Source: Myxococcota bacterium
GTDB lineage: Bacteria; Myxococcota; JACRCW01
Direction: 5' to 3'
Length of the DNA: 54,279 nucleotides
NCBI GenBank assembly: GCA_040752415.1
Contig: JBFMGU010000038.1
Location: forward strand, 1 to 54,279
Shown: piece by piece, positions 10,749-19,729 of the stretch
Position numbering within the stretch: the first letter of the stretch is position 1
Layout of the letters: each line of letters starts with the position of its first letter
Translations under genes and position numbers: made by a program
The notes under the pieces: model-generated
Databases searched by the model: none
Seen by the model: the letters and a program-made list of their open reading frames with translations, nothing else
Told to the model about the DNA's origin: nothing

Positions 10749-11429
10749 GTGACGTCGTCAGCTGCGCAGGTGGTGGAGCTGGTGCGCGTGCGCCCGTCGG
10801 GCTGGCGGGTGGGGATGCAGCTCATTCCCGTCGAGGGTGGCGTGCTCATCCACAGCCCCACCTGGCTGGGCGAGGACACGTTCCCGCGCGTGGCGGCGGT
10901 GGGCCAACCCGTGGCCATGCTGGCGCCCAACCACTTCCACCACCTCTCGCTGCCGCGCTTCCGGGAGCGCTGGCCGGGGATTCCCGTCGTGGCCGCGGCG
11001 GAAGCGTTGCCGCGCCTGCGCCGCAAGGGCCACCCGGTGCAGCCGGTGGAGTCGTTGGGAACGAGCCTGGGGTCGCACGTGGCGTTCCATCCGTGCGCCG
11101 GCGTCAGGACGGGTGAGACCTGGGTTTCGCACCGTTCCGCAAGCGGAACCACGCTGGTGGTGTGCGACGCGTTCTTCAACGTGCCCGGCCCCCTCACCGG
11201 CGTGGAGGGCTGGCTCTTGCGCGTCACGCGCACCGGGCCCGGGCTCAGGCTGGGGCGGACGTTCCAGTGGGCGGCGCTGCGGGATCCCCACGTGTACGCG
11301 CAATGGGTGCGCGCCACGCTGGAGGTGGTGCAACCCGACTGCGTCCACTTCTCGCACGGAGAGCCCATCCGCGGTCCGGATTGCACCGCGCGGCTGCTCG
11401 CGGCCCTTGCGAGCGCGCTGGAGCGCTGA
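10749..11429 (+). CDS. Metallo-beta-lactamase-fold / DUF4336-like protein
   Basis: GGVLIHSP, APNHFHHL, LVVCDAFFN, HFSHG. Confidence 0.75.
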   Translation: MTSSAAQVVELVRVRPSGWRVGMQLIPVEGGVLIHSPTWLGEDTFPRVAAVGQPVAMLAPNHFHHLSLPRFRERWPGIPVVAAAEALPRLRRKGHPVQPVESLGTSLGSHVAFHPCAGVRTGETWVSHRSASGTTLVVCDAFFNVPGPLTGVEGWLLRVTRTGPGLRLGRTFQWAALRDPHVYAQWVRATLEVVQPDCVHFSHGEPIRGPDCTARLLAALASALER

Positions 11430-11504
11430 GGGTTGCATTTGCGCCCGGAAAGGGCTGGGATACGCGGCACCCACGCCATCGCCGCACCACGAGGAGCCAC
11501 CCAG

Positions 11505-12674
11505 ATGCCACCCCGGATCGGAGACAGACCTGCTGTTGCACACCGCCACCGGGCCGACCGGACCGAGGAGCGCGCGCCCGCTCGTCGACGGGAGGCCAAC
11601 CGCGGCACAGAAAAAGGCCCCGCCGACAATGACGTCTACGCCGGCAACGCGCGCGGGAACCGCGGGGCGGTGGAGGTGCCGGTGAATGCCCGGGGTGGCG
11701 GCGGGAGTCGCGTCAGCACCGTGGACGCGCGGCGGCTGGCGCTGGAGGGCACCTCGGGGGCGGCGCCGTACGAGAAGCTGGCGCGGCTGGGCAACTTCGA
11801 GGGGTTCATCAAGACCGCGCACTTCGGCGAGATCTACGTGCGCATCAAGCAGGGCGACGAGCCCGCCAAGCACCCGCCGGTGGTGTACCTGGGCGGGATT
11901 GCCACCTGCGCAGAGCGCTCCAGCAAGTTCGAGGAGGACATCCAGGCCAAGGGCGGCACCGTCATCACGCTGGTGCTGCCGGGCCAGGGGGAGACGCTGG
12001 CGCGCGACATCAAGAACAACGGCCGCGCCAAGAGCCTGGACAAGGACATCACCGCGCGGATGCAGGCGGATGCCGTGGTGGAGACGCTGGATGCGATGGG
12101 CGTGAAGGGTCCGGTGCACGCCACGGGGCTGTCCTACGGCGGCTATATTGCCGCGGCGTGCAAGAAGGCGCACCCGGAGCGCTTTGACCAGCTCTACCTG
12201 ATTGCGCCCTACGTGATGAGCCAGGCGGAGTTTGACCCCCGCGCCAAGGCCGCGCGCGACATGATGTTCCGCAACCCCTTCAACCCCTTCAGCTACTTCA
12301 TGGGTCCGGCCATGGAGCGGCAGGCCACGCGCGCGGTGCTGGAGTCCACCTTCAACTTCACGTGGCCGGTGCTGGAGGGGCACCGTCGGGAGTTCATTGA
12401 CGCGCTCACCAACCTCACCATGGGCATCTCCAACGACAGGCTGCGCGACACCGTCAAGGGCATGGACGGCGTGAACATGCTGGTGGTGCCCCAGGACGGC
12501 GCCTCGCCGCCGGAGCTGGGGGAGGAGGCCTTCCAGGCCAGCGCGCGGGACGGCGTGTTCATGCGCGCGCCCGCCTCCGACGCGGGCCACCACGACCTCA
12601 TTGGCGCCAACCCCGCCCTGTGCGCGGAGTTCGTTGCCAAGTTGATGAAGCAGCGCCGGGCCGAGGAGCAGTGA
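11505..12674 (+). CDS. Alpha/beta hydrolase with disordered N-terminal extension
   Basis: GAGGAG RBS, PVVYLGG, LPGQG, nucleophile elbow GLSYGG, C-terminal AGHH. Confidence 0.82.
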   Translation: MPPRIGDRPAVAHRHRADRTEERAPARRREANRGTEKGPADNDVYAGNARGNRGAVEVPVNARGGGGSRVSTVDARRLALEGTSGAAPYEKLARLGNFEGFIKTAHFGEIYVRIKQGDEPAKHPPVVYLGGIATCAERSSKFEEDIQAKGGTVITLVLPGQGETLARDIKNNGRAKSLDKDITARMQADAVVETLDAMGVKGPVHATGLSYGGYIAAACKKAHPERFDQLYLIAPYVMSQAEFDPRAKAARDMMFRNPFNPFSYFMGPAMERQATRAVLESTFNFTWPVLEGHRREFIDALTNLTMGISNDRLRDTVKGMDGVNMLVVPQDGASPPELGEEAFQASARDGVFMRAPASDAGHHDLIGANPALCAEFVAKLMKQRRAEEQ

Positions 12675-12676
12675 AG

Positions 12677-13324
12677 ATGAGCCGAGCAACGCACGTGAAC
12701 GGTACCGCCACCATTGCCACCGTCACCGACATGGAGCCCATGCTCCGGCAGCTGGTGGTGCAGCACAAGACCGACAACGGCCTGCCCGCGCACTGCTCCG
12801 ACGCCGAGCTGCAGGCCGCGGCCAGCCGCTTCGTCAGCGACTTCGACCAGTCGCGCGCGGAGTACCTGGTCGAGGCCAAGCGGCAGATTGCGCAGGGGCT
12901 GATGGATGGCGTCTCCCTGGCGGGGATGGAGCTGACGCGGGATCACCTGCTGTTCATCTCCTCCACCACCTTCCGCTTTGACGACGTGAACAAGCTCAAG
13001 GCCATTGTGTTCACGCAGGTGGCGGGCGGGGGTGACGGCGCGGCGCTCAAGCCGTTCGAGTCGTTCCGCATCGAGCAGGGGAAGGGGAAGCTGGTGGTGG
13101 AAGGCGCGCCGCCCGCGTTTGGCGCCGCCACCGCCGCCGCGCCGGCCGAGGTGCTGGAGCGCAACAAGGTCAGCTTTGCCTTGGAGCTGCCCCTCCAGCC
13201 CGTCGAGCACAACGCCACGCAGGCGGAAGGTCAGCGGCTGCGCTGGGAGTACAACCTGGCGCGCCTCAGCGACCCCGGCCAGCAACCGCCGGTCATGCGC
13301 GCCACGTTCTCCACCGCGCAGTGA
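12677..13324 (+). CDS. Hypothetical protein (C-terminus weakly LppM-like)
   Basis: Coupled to the hydrolase stop; C-terminal 'FALELPLQPVEHNATQAEGQRLRWEY'. Confidence 0.6.
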   Translation: MSRATHVNGTATIATVTDMEPMLRQLVVQHKTDNGLPAHCSDAELQAAASRFVSDFDQSRAEYLVEAKRQIAQGLMDGVSLAGMELTRDHLLFISSTTFRFDDVNKLKAIVFTQVAGGGDGAALKPFESFRIEQGKGKLVVEGAPPAFGAATAAAPAEVLERNKVSFALELPLQPVEHNATQAEGQRLRWEYNLARLSDPGQQPPVMRATFSTAQ

Positions 13325-13338
13325 CGCGGTCACGTCGA

Positions 13339-13615
13339 GGGAACGCACCGGCGGCTCAAGCCGCGTCTGGAAAGGCACCAAGCCTTGCCTCGCATCCCGC
13401 TTGCCTCATTGGGCAGCGCAAGGCTCTGCGTTGGTGGGGTAGGGAGCGTGGTTTGAGAAAGAGATGTCTTCCGTGCCTCGTCGACAACCTGGATGCTGCG
13501 AACCACGCTCCCTATGTCACCAACGCAGAGCCTTGCGCTGCCCAATGAGGCAAGCGGGATGCGAGGCAAGGCTTGGTGCCTTTCCAGACGCGGCTTGAGC
13601 CGCCGGTGCGTTCCC
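13339..13615. repeat. Long inverted repeat (98-bp perfect arms plus 14-bp inner arms)
   Basis: 13339-13436 is the exact reverse complement of 13518-13615. After a 3-nt mismatch, 13440-13453 pairs with 13501-13514; the spacer is 47 nt. Confidence 0.95.
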
Positions 13616-13958
13616 CCGCGACGGAACCACGGCCACAACCCGACATCCACGGTTCCCGCGCCGTCAGGGCCGCGGTGGGGCGGGAGCGCGGTCACGGGTT
13701 CACGTCGTCATCGCCGCGCTTCATCCGGCGGCACGGTCAACCCTGTCCCACGCCGGTGTGACCGCCACGCGGCCGCGCCCTTCCCGATGTCCGGCCCTTG
13801 CCCGATGGGGTGAACCCGAGCCGTCCCACGCCCCGGCGGGCGCGGGGGGCGATGTGGGGAAACTCCGCGGATCCACTGGGTTTCCGGCGTGCGCAACATT
13901 GACGGGGCATCGCCGATATGGGCACCGTAACGCCGTTCCCACCCACTCGAGGTCTGTC

Positions 13959-15044
13959 ATGGCCGGTCCCGTCACTGGAAGTCGCCCGCGGTCAACCCCC
14001 AGCGTCCAGCAGCAGTCGCAGACGCAACAGAGCCAGCAGACCCAACAGACGCAGCAGAACCAACAGACGCAGCAGACGCAGCAGACGCAGCAGACCGGTC
14101 CCACCGCCACGCAACAGCAGCAGGCCAAGGACCGGTTCGACGCCCCCATCCAGCAGGTCAGCAACGGCGCCAACGGCGTGAAGGTGGCCACCGACGTGGT
14201 GGCGGGCACCCAGACCCGCACGGTCAACGGCCCCGGCCGCTTTGGCTACACGGACATCCCCGGCGTGAACCGCGCGGTGGAGGGGCTGAACACCCCGGCC
14301 AGCCGTGTGGCGGGTGCGGCGGGCACCGCGGCCAGCGTGGCCCAGCTCCCCGGTGCCGCCTACACCGCGCAGCGCGACGTGCGCGCCGCCATTGCCGACC
14401 CCACCGCCGACAACATCCGCACCGCCGCCGGCTCCACCGCCAGCGCGGTCTCCACCGCCGCCAGCGCCACCAAGGGCACCCTGGAGACGGCGGCCAACAT
14501 CAGCACCGCGCGCAACACCTACAACGCCGCGCAGCAGGCCTTCCGCACCGCGGCCCCCAACGCCGCCGACGACGTGGTCCGCGCCGCCTCCCGCGCCGCC
14601 ACCGGCACCGCGCTCACCGGTGGCACCGCGCGCGCCGCCGAGCAGGCCGCCACCACCGCCGCGCGCACCGCCATCCGCGAGGGTGGGGAGACGGTGGCCC
14701 ACGCCATGGGTGCGGCGAGTCGTACCGCGGCGCGCACGGCGCTGCGGGAGGGTGGTGAGGCCGCGGGTCGGGCCGCGCTCAGTGCCGCCGCGCACTCCGG
14801 GGCCAGCACCGTGGCCCGCGCCGCGGGTCGGTTCGCGCCCGGTCTCAACGTGGCCATTGCCGCCGCCGACACCGCCGTGGCCGCCACCACCCTGGCCGAC
14901 CCCAACGCCTCCACCACCAAGAAGGTCACCAGCGTCATCACCGCGGCCGGCTCCATTGCCGCGGCCACCAACATCCCCATTGTCAGCCAGGCCGGCGCGG
15001 TCATCTCCACCGCCAGCAGCCTGATTGGCGGCATCTTCGGCTGA
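13959..15044 (+). CDS. Ala/Thr-rich hypothetical protein with Gln-rich N-terminus and Gly/Ala hydrophobic C-terminus
   Basis: GAGGT RBS, strong GC3 bias, QQT repeats, followed by a terminator. Confidence 0.75.
   Translation: MAGPVTGSRPRSTPSVQQQSQTQQSQQTQQTQQNQQTQQTQQTQQTGPTATQQQQAKDRFDAPIQQVSNGANGVKVATDVVAGTQTRTVNGPGRFGYTDIPGVNRAVEGLNTPASRVAGAAGTAASVAQLPGAAYTAQRDVRAAIADPTADNIRTAAGSTASAVSTAASATKGTLETAANISTARNTYNAAQQAFRTAAPNAADDVVRAASRAATGTALTGGTARAAEQAATTAARTAIREGGETVAHAMGAASRTAARTALREGGEAAGRAALSAAAHSGASTVARAAGRFAPGLNVAIAAADTAVAATTLADPNASTTKKVTSVITAAGSIAAATNIPIVSQAGAVISTASSLIGGIFG
14009..14094 (+). repeat. Imperfect 9-nt coding tandem repeat (Q-Q-T)
   Basis: cagacgcag / cagacccaa units. Confidence 0.8.
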
Positions 15045-15071
15045 GACGTGCGTCGTCACCGTTGGAACAGG

Positions 15072-15099
15072 GGGCCCGTTCACGCGGGCCCTTTTGTTT
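15072..15099 (+). terminator. Rho-independent terminator
   Basis: GGGCCCG-TTCACG-CGGGCCC followed by TTTTGTTT, about 27 nt after the stop. Confidence 0.85.
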
Positions 15100-15162
15100 G
15101 CGCGCCGTTCTCCACTAAATCCGCTCGTCACAGACGGGCCCATCCCGCCTGGCGGAGCCTCC

Positions 15163-16296
15163 ATGGCCAAGCCTCCCCCCAAGTCCCGCTCCAAGGATGA
15201 CGACGAGAAGCCGTCCAAGAAGCCCGCCACCTCCCGCGCCATCATGGCCAAGGACGACCGGCTGCAGCGCATGGTGCAGAAGGCGCCGGTGGCCGCGGCC
15301 ATCACCCACGCGCAGGTCCCGCTGCCCAAGGTGGATGCGCCCGCGCTGGAGGGGATTGCCGTGACGGTGCCCGCGGTGGCCCCGGTCACCACGGAAGACG
15401 TGACCGCGCGCTTCCTGGAGCTGTGCCGGGCGGCGGCGCCACGGCGGGCGCGCGCGGAAGGTGAGAAGGTGGGCGCCGGCGACGAGGTGGTGCTGGACAC
15501 CGTGGGCTACGTGGGCACGCGGCTCATCCCCTTCAGCATCCGTGAGGGCGCGCACCTGGACGCCGCACCCCTGCCCATGCTGCCCGCGTTGGGCGAGGCG
15601 CTGGTGGGCCTGGAGGTGGGCAAGAGCGCGGTGGTGGAGATCACGCTGCCGGGCAACTACCCCGTGGAGTCCCTGCGCGGACAGAAGGCGCGCTTCCTCG
15701 TCGACGTCCTGGAGGCCTTCGAGGTCACGCCGCCCCAACCCTCCGATCCCGCGTTCCTGCGCAAGCTGGCCCGGGGCGACACGCTGGACGAAGTGATGGC
15801 CTCGGTGGCGGCGGAGCTGCGCGGGGAGCGCGAGGAGCTGCAGATCCTGGAGGCGCAGGACCGCGTGCTGGATGCGCTGGCCGCGCGCGTGAAGGTGGAC
15901 CTGCCGGACGGCCTCATCGACGAGGAGATCAAGCGTCGCTGGGGTGAGCAGGAGGGCAAGGTCACGGCGCGGAAGAACTTCACGCCGGAAGAGCAGCAGG
16001 ACGCGCAGCGCGGCTGGCTGCAGGACCCGGCCACGCGCTTTGACGTGGCGCGCCGCCTCAAGATCGGCCTGGGACTCAAGGCGATTGTCGAGAAGGAGAA
16101 GCTGCAGATCACCGCGCAGAACATCGGCCCGCTCCTGGAGCCGGTGGCGGCGCGCGTGGGCGTGTCCGTCGACGAGGTGAAGGGCGCGCTGCGCAAGCAG
16201 CAGGGACCCGCCGCGCAGCAGGTGGTGGACGCCGCGCTCTACATGCTGGCGGTGGGCCACGTGCTGGGGAAGGCGCAGATCACCTTCGAGGATTGA
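15163..16296 (+). CDS. Trigger-factor paralogue (FKBP-like and C-terminal chaperone domains, no ribosome-binding domain)
   Basis: 'GDEVVLDTVG', 'EALVGLEVGKS..ITLPGNYPVESLRGQKARFLVDV', 'VDLPDGLIDEEI'; no GFRxG motif. Confidence 0.85.
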   Translation: MAKPPPKSRSKDDDEKPSKKPATSRAIMAKDDRLQRMVQKAPVAAAITHAQVPLPKVDAPALEGIAVTVPAVAPVTTEDVTARFLELCRAAAPRRARAEGEKVGAGDEVVLDTVGYVGTRLIPFSIREGAHLDAAPLPMLPALGEALVGLEVGKSAVVEITLPGNYPVESLRGQKARFLVDVLEAFEVTPPQPSDPAFLRKLARGDTLDEVMASVAAELRGEREELQILEAQDRVLDALAARVKVDLPDGLIDEEIKRRWGEQEGKVTARKNFTPEEQQDAQRGWLQDPATRFDVARRLKIGLGLKAIVEKEKLQITAQNIGPLLEPVAARVGVSVDEVKGALRKQQGPAAQQVVDAALYMLAVGHVLGKAQITFED

Positions 16297-16944
16297 TCAG
16301 CCCACCGGCAGGACCCGCGCCCCGTCATTGCGCTCGAAGCCGCGGCACACCACCTCCAGCGGCCGCCGCGTCCGTCGACACAACTCCACCGCGAACGGCA
16401 GCAGCTTCCCGCGCGCGGCGCGCCACTCCGTGACCGGCAGCTCCGCGGTGCGCGGTCCCTCCAGCTCCCGCTCCCCCACCACCACGCCCACCGACGCACG
16501 CGCGGTGGCCGAGAGCCCGTTCTCCGCGCGCCAGATGGTCACCGTGAGCCGCACGTGACGCACCTCCTCCAGCGCAGCGCGCACCACGCCCCCGCACACC
16601 CCCTGCACCTCCCGGCGCGCGGTGTCGACGACGAGCGGCGTGGGCCGCACCCGCGCGAGCACCCGGTTCACGCTGAGCGCGGTGGTGGCCGCCGCCGGAA
16701 ACCCCACCAGCACCAGGCCCGGCCAGCCGAACGCCTCCCGCCACATCACCGTGCCCACCGCCACCGCGCCGCAGAACAGGCCCAGCACCCCCGATCCCAC
16801 CGCTGCGCCCCAACGTGGGCTGCGCAACAGCGCCAGTCGGCTGTCCGTGCGCTCCGTCACGTGGAAGTCCTCCACCCGCGACGTCACGGGCAGGGGCGGA
16901 GCCTGTTTGGGGTCGAGATCGAACTCGGCGTGGGGACGGAGCAT
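16297..16944 (-). CDS. Hypothetical membrane protein (2 TM)
   Basis: GAGG RBS, two hydrophobic segments, fills the gap between flanking genes. Confidence 0.6.
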   Translation of the reverse strand: MLRPHAEFDLDPKQAPPLPVTSRVEDFHVTERTDSRLALLRSPRWGAAVGSGVLGLFCGAVAVGTVMWREAFGWPGLVLVGFPAAATTALSVNRVLARVRPTPLVVDTARREVQGVCGGVVRAALEEVRHVRLTVTIWRAENGLSATARASVGVVVGERELEGPRTAELPVTEWRAARGKLLPFAVELCRRTRRPLEVVCRGFERNDGARVLPVG

Positions 16945-17093
16945 GGCCTCTGGACCAAGCGATCCGAGCAGGCCGGCGGGGGGTTGGGCAAGCGCGGCGT
17001 GTCGTCGGGGCGGTGAGGGTAGCCACCGGGGCGCGGAACGGGAAAAACGCCTGCTCCCATGTCATCATGTCCACCCCGGGGCCGAGGACGACG

Positions 17094-18809
17094 ATGGCGC
17101 GACGCTGGTGGCCGGTGCTGGTGGTGCTGATGGTGGGCGCGCTGCCGGCCCGCGCGGAGATTCCCCGTCGGATCAACCTGCAGGGCGTGTTGCGCGACGG
17201 CGCGGGGGCGCTGCAGAGCGGCACGTTCGAGATGACGTTCCGGCTGTATGACGCACCCGACGCCACCACGCCGCGCTGGCAGGAGGTCCAGCCCGCGGTC
17301 GCGGTGGACGGCGGGGTCTTCTCGACGGCGTTGGGCGCCGAGCAGCCGCTCCCCGACAACCTGTTCCGTCAGAGCGCGTCGTTGTGGCTGGGGGTGACGC
17401 TGACGGTGGACGGCGTGGAGAACCCGCGCTTGCCGCTGGCCTCGGTGGCGTACGCGTTTGAAGCGCTGCACGCCACCAACGCCGAGGACGCGCTGCGCGC
17501 CGCCGACGCCGTGCACGCCGCCGACGCCGAGAACGCGGTGCACGCGCTCAACGCCGACGACGCGCTGCATGCCGATGACGCCGAGAACGCGGTGCACGCG
17601 CTCGACGCCGACGAGGCGCAGCACGCGCTCAATGCTGACAACGCGCAGCACGCCGACGACGCCGACGAGGCGCTGCACGCGCTGGATGCGGACACCTTGG
17701 ACGGGGTTCCCGTGGACGCTTTCCAGCGGACCATCGACGTCACCGCGCCGCTGCAGCTCAACGGGAGCACGCTCAGCCTGGTGGGCTGCGCGCCCGGGCA
17801 GGTCCTCCGCTTCTCCGGCTCGGCGTGGGTCTGCGACGTGGACCGGGAAGGCCTCACCGGCGCGGGCAACGGGCTCGTGGTCAATGGTGCGCAGGTGGAG
17901 ATTGCGCCCACGGGCGTCACCACCGCGCTGCTCGCGGACCTGGCGGTGACGGATGCCAAGCTGGCCGACAACGCCGTCACCGCGTCCAAGCTTCTCGACG
18001 GAGCCGTCACCGGTACCAAGGTGGCGGGCGACAGCCTGACGGGCGCGCACATCGTGGACGGCACGGTGGCCGACGCGGACCTCTCCCCGAACGTGGCGCT
18101 CAAGGACGCCGCGCAGACCTTCACCGGGCTCAACCAGTTCACCGCGACGGGCACGGGAGTGCAGGTCACCGGTACCGCGGTGGTGGGGCGCCTGGAGTCA
18201 CCGATCCTGGCGGGAGGCACCGCGCTTGCGCTGGAGGGTGACACCATCGCGTTGACGTCGGGGACCACCACCCGGCTGACCGTGGACGGCACGGGCACCA
18301 CGGTGAACGGACCGCTGCAGCTCCTCAGCAGCGCGGGGGCTTCCACCCTGGACGCGCCCGCCAGCGGCGGGGTGGCACTGACCTTGCCCGCGTCCGACGG
18401 GGTTGCCGGTGCCGCGCTCATCACCGACGGCGCCGGCGCGCTCGCCTTCAAGCGGCCGCAGACGGTGGAGACCAACGCCACCAGCATTGCGCTCACCAAC
18501 ACCGCGCTCACCGAGCTGACGGCGGTGCGCACCACGCCGCTGACCGGCGACTACCTGCTGATGTTCTCCGCCATTGCCCTCTGCGCCAGCGCCACCGCCG
18601 ACGGTGCGTTCCAGCTGCGCCGCGGCGCCACCACCATTGCCGGCACGCAGCACAGCATCATCTACGTCAGCGGTCAGCGACGTGCCGTGGCCTTCCAGCG
18701 CTACGTCACCGGTCTGGCCAACGAGGCCATCAGCGCGTGGGCCAGCATGCCCACCGGCGGTACCACGTGCTCACTGGAGCAGGTCACGCTGACCGCGGTA
18801 GAGCGCTGA
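17094..18809 (+). CDS. Secreted fibre/adhesin-like repeat protein
   Basis: Signal peptide (..LPARA), 'RINLQGVLRD..MTFRLYDA..GVFSTALG..SVAYA' N-domain, His/Asp/Ala triplet repeats and VTxAKLADxAVT repeats. Confidence 0.72.
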   Translation: MARRWWPVLVVLMVGALPARAEIPRRINLQGVLRDGAGALQSGTFEMTFRLYDAPDATTPRWQEVQPAVAVDGGVFSTALGAEQPLPDNLFRQSASLWLGVTLTVDGVENPRLPLASVAYAFEALHATNAEDALRAADAVHAADAENAVHALNADDALHADDAENAVHALDADEAQHALNADNAQHADDADEALHALDADTLDGVPVDAFQRTIDVTAPLQLNGSTLSLVGCAPGQVLRFSGSAWVCDVDREGLTGAGNGLVVNGAQVEIAPTGVTTALLADLAVTDAKLADNAVTASKLLDGAVTGTKVAGDSLTGAHIVDGTVADADLSPNVALKDAAQTFTGLNQFTATGTGVQVTGTAVVGRLESPILAGGTALALEGDTIALTSGTTTRLTVDGTGTTVNGPLQLLSSAGASTLDAPASGGVALTLPASDGVAGAALITDGAGALAFKRPQTVETNATSIALTNTALTELTAVRTTPLTGDYLLMFSAIALCASATADGAFQLRRGATTIAGTQHSIIYVSGQRRAVAFQRYVTGLANEAISAWASMPTGGTTCSLEQVTLTAVER

Positions 18810-19559
18810 TCACGACTCCCACGGCGCCTTCTCCGTGCCCCGCACGTCCTGGTGTCGCAACGCGTACAGGCGCGCCACCGTGCCGTCCTCGGTGCGCTCG
18901 CTGGGGCCCTCGTCCACGCGGAAGCCGCGGTTGATGGCCGCCTCGGTGAAGCGGGGGAAGTACTCGCGCGACGCGTCGGCGATGAGCGCCACGCCCTTGG
19001 GTTTCAGCAGGGCCCAGATGGCATTCACGATCGCCGGGATGAAGCGGTGCTGGTAGATGACGTCGCTGCAGATGATGATGTCCGCGCGCTCCAGCGTGGG
19101 CGCCCGCCAGTCCATCTTCATCACCGTCACGCGGTCCTGCAGCTGCAGCTCCTCCACGTTCATCCGGGCCAGCATGATGGCGCCGTCCTGCAGGTCGGTG
19201 AGCGTCACGCGCGCGCCCTTGAGACCGGCGCACAGCCCCGCCAGGCCATGCCCGCAACCCAGCTCAATGGCCGTCTTCCCCGTCAACGCGGGGCCGCGCA
19301 TGATGGCCGCGCCCAATACCGTGGAGACCGGCCAGACCCACGCGTAGTACGGCACGTCGTCGTCGGCGGGGCGGCCCCCGGGGAGCAGGCGGCCCAGGAA
19401 TCCGTCGATCTCCGAGAGATGCCAGATGGAGACGTCGGTGCCGCCGAGGGAGAACGTCTTCCTCGTCAGCTCGTCGCGGTTGGGGAGGATGGTCAGGTGG
19501 CGCTCCACGGAAGGCAGGGGGCGGCAGCGTCCCACGGCGCGCGGTTCCCGCATAGTCAT
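18810..19559 (-). CDS. Class I SAM-dependent methyltransferase (METTL21/Methyltransf_16-like)
   Basis: PYYAWVWPVS, IELGCGHGLAG, TLTD, MDW, IICSDVIY. Start could be GTG 19508. Confidence 0.88.
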   Translation of the reverse strand: MTMREPRAVGRCRPLPSVERHLTILPNRDELTRKTFSLGGTDVSIWHLSEIDGFLGRLLPGGRPADDDVPYYAWVWPVSTVLGAAIMRGPALTGKTAIELGCGHGLAGLCAGLKGARVTLTDLQDGAIMLARMNVEELQLQDRVTVMKMDWRAPTLERADIIICSDVIYQHRFIPAIVNAIWALLKPKGVALIADASREYFPRFTEAAINRGFRVDEGPSERTEDGTVARLYALRHQDVRGTEKAPWES

Positions 19560-19729
19560 CGACGACAAACCGCCGCCCCCGCGGACCCGGAGTGCGTCGT
19601 CCCAGCTGCAGCGTGCGCGTTGACGGCGCGAGGTCGGTGACAGCGGGACCTGGGTCATGGGCGGCCGGTAGCGCGGCTTGAAACCTCAGCGGCGCGTTGT
19701 TCTATCCGGCGAAGACGGGGGACTGCTCC

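Noticed and set aside
10749..11429. Beta-lactamase
   Set aside because: No canonical HxHxDH motif and no signal peptide; MBL-like fold only.
13330..13813. Short ORFs sharing identical peptide stretches on both strands
   Set aside because: An artefact of the inverted repeat; no coding bias.
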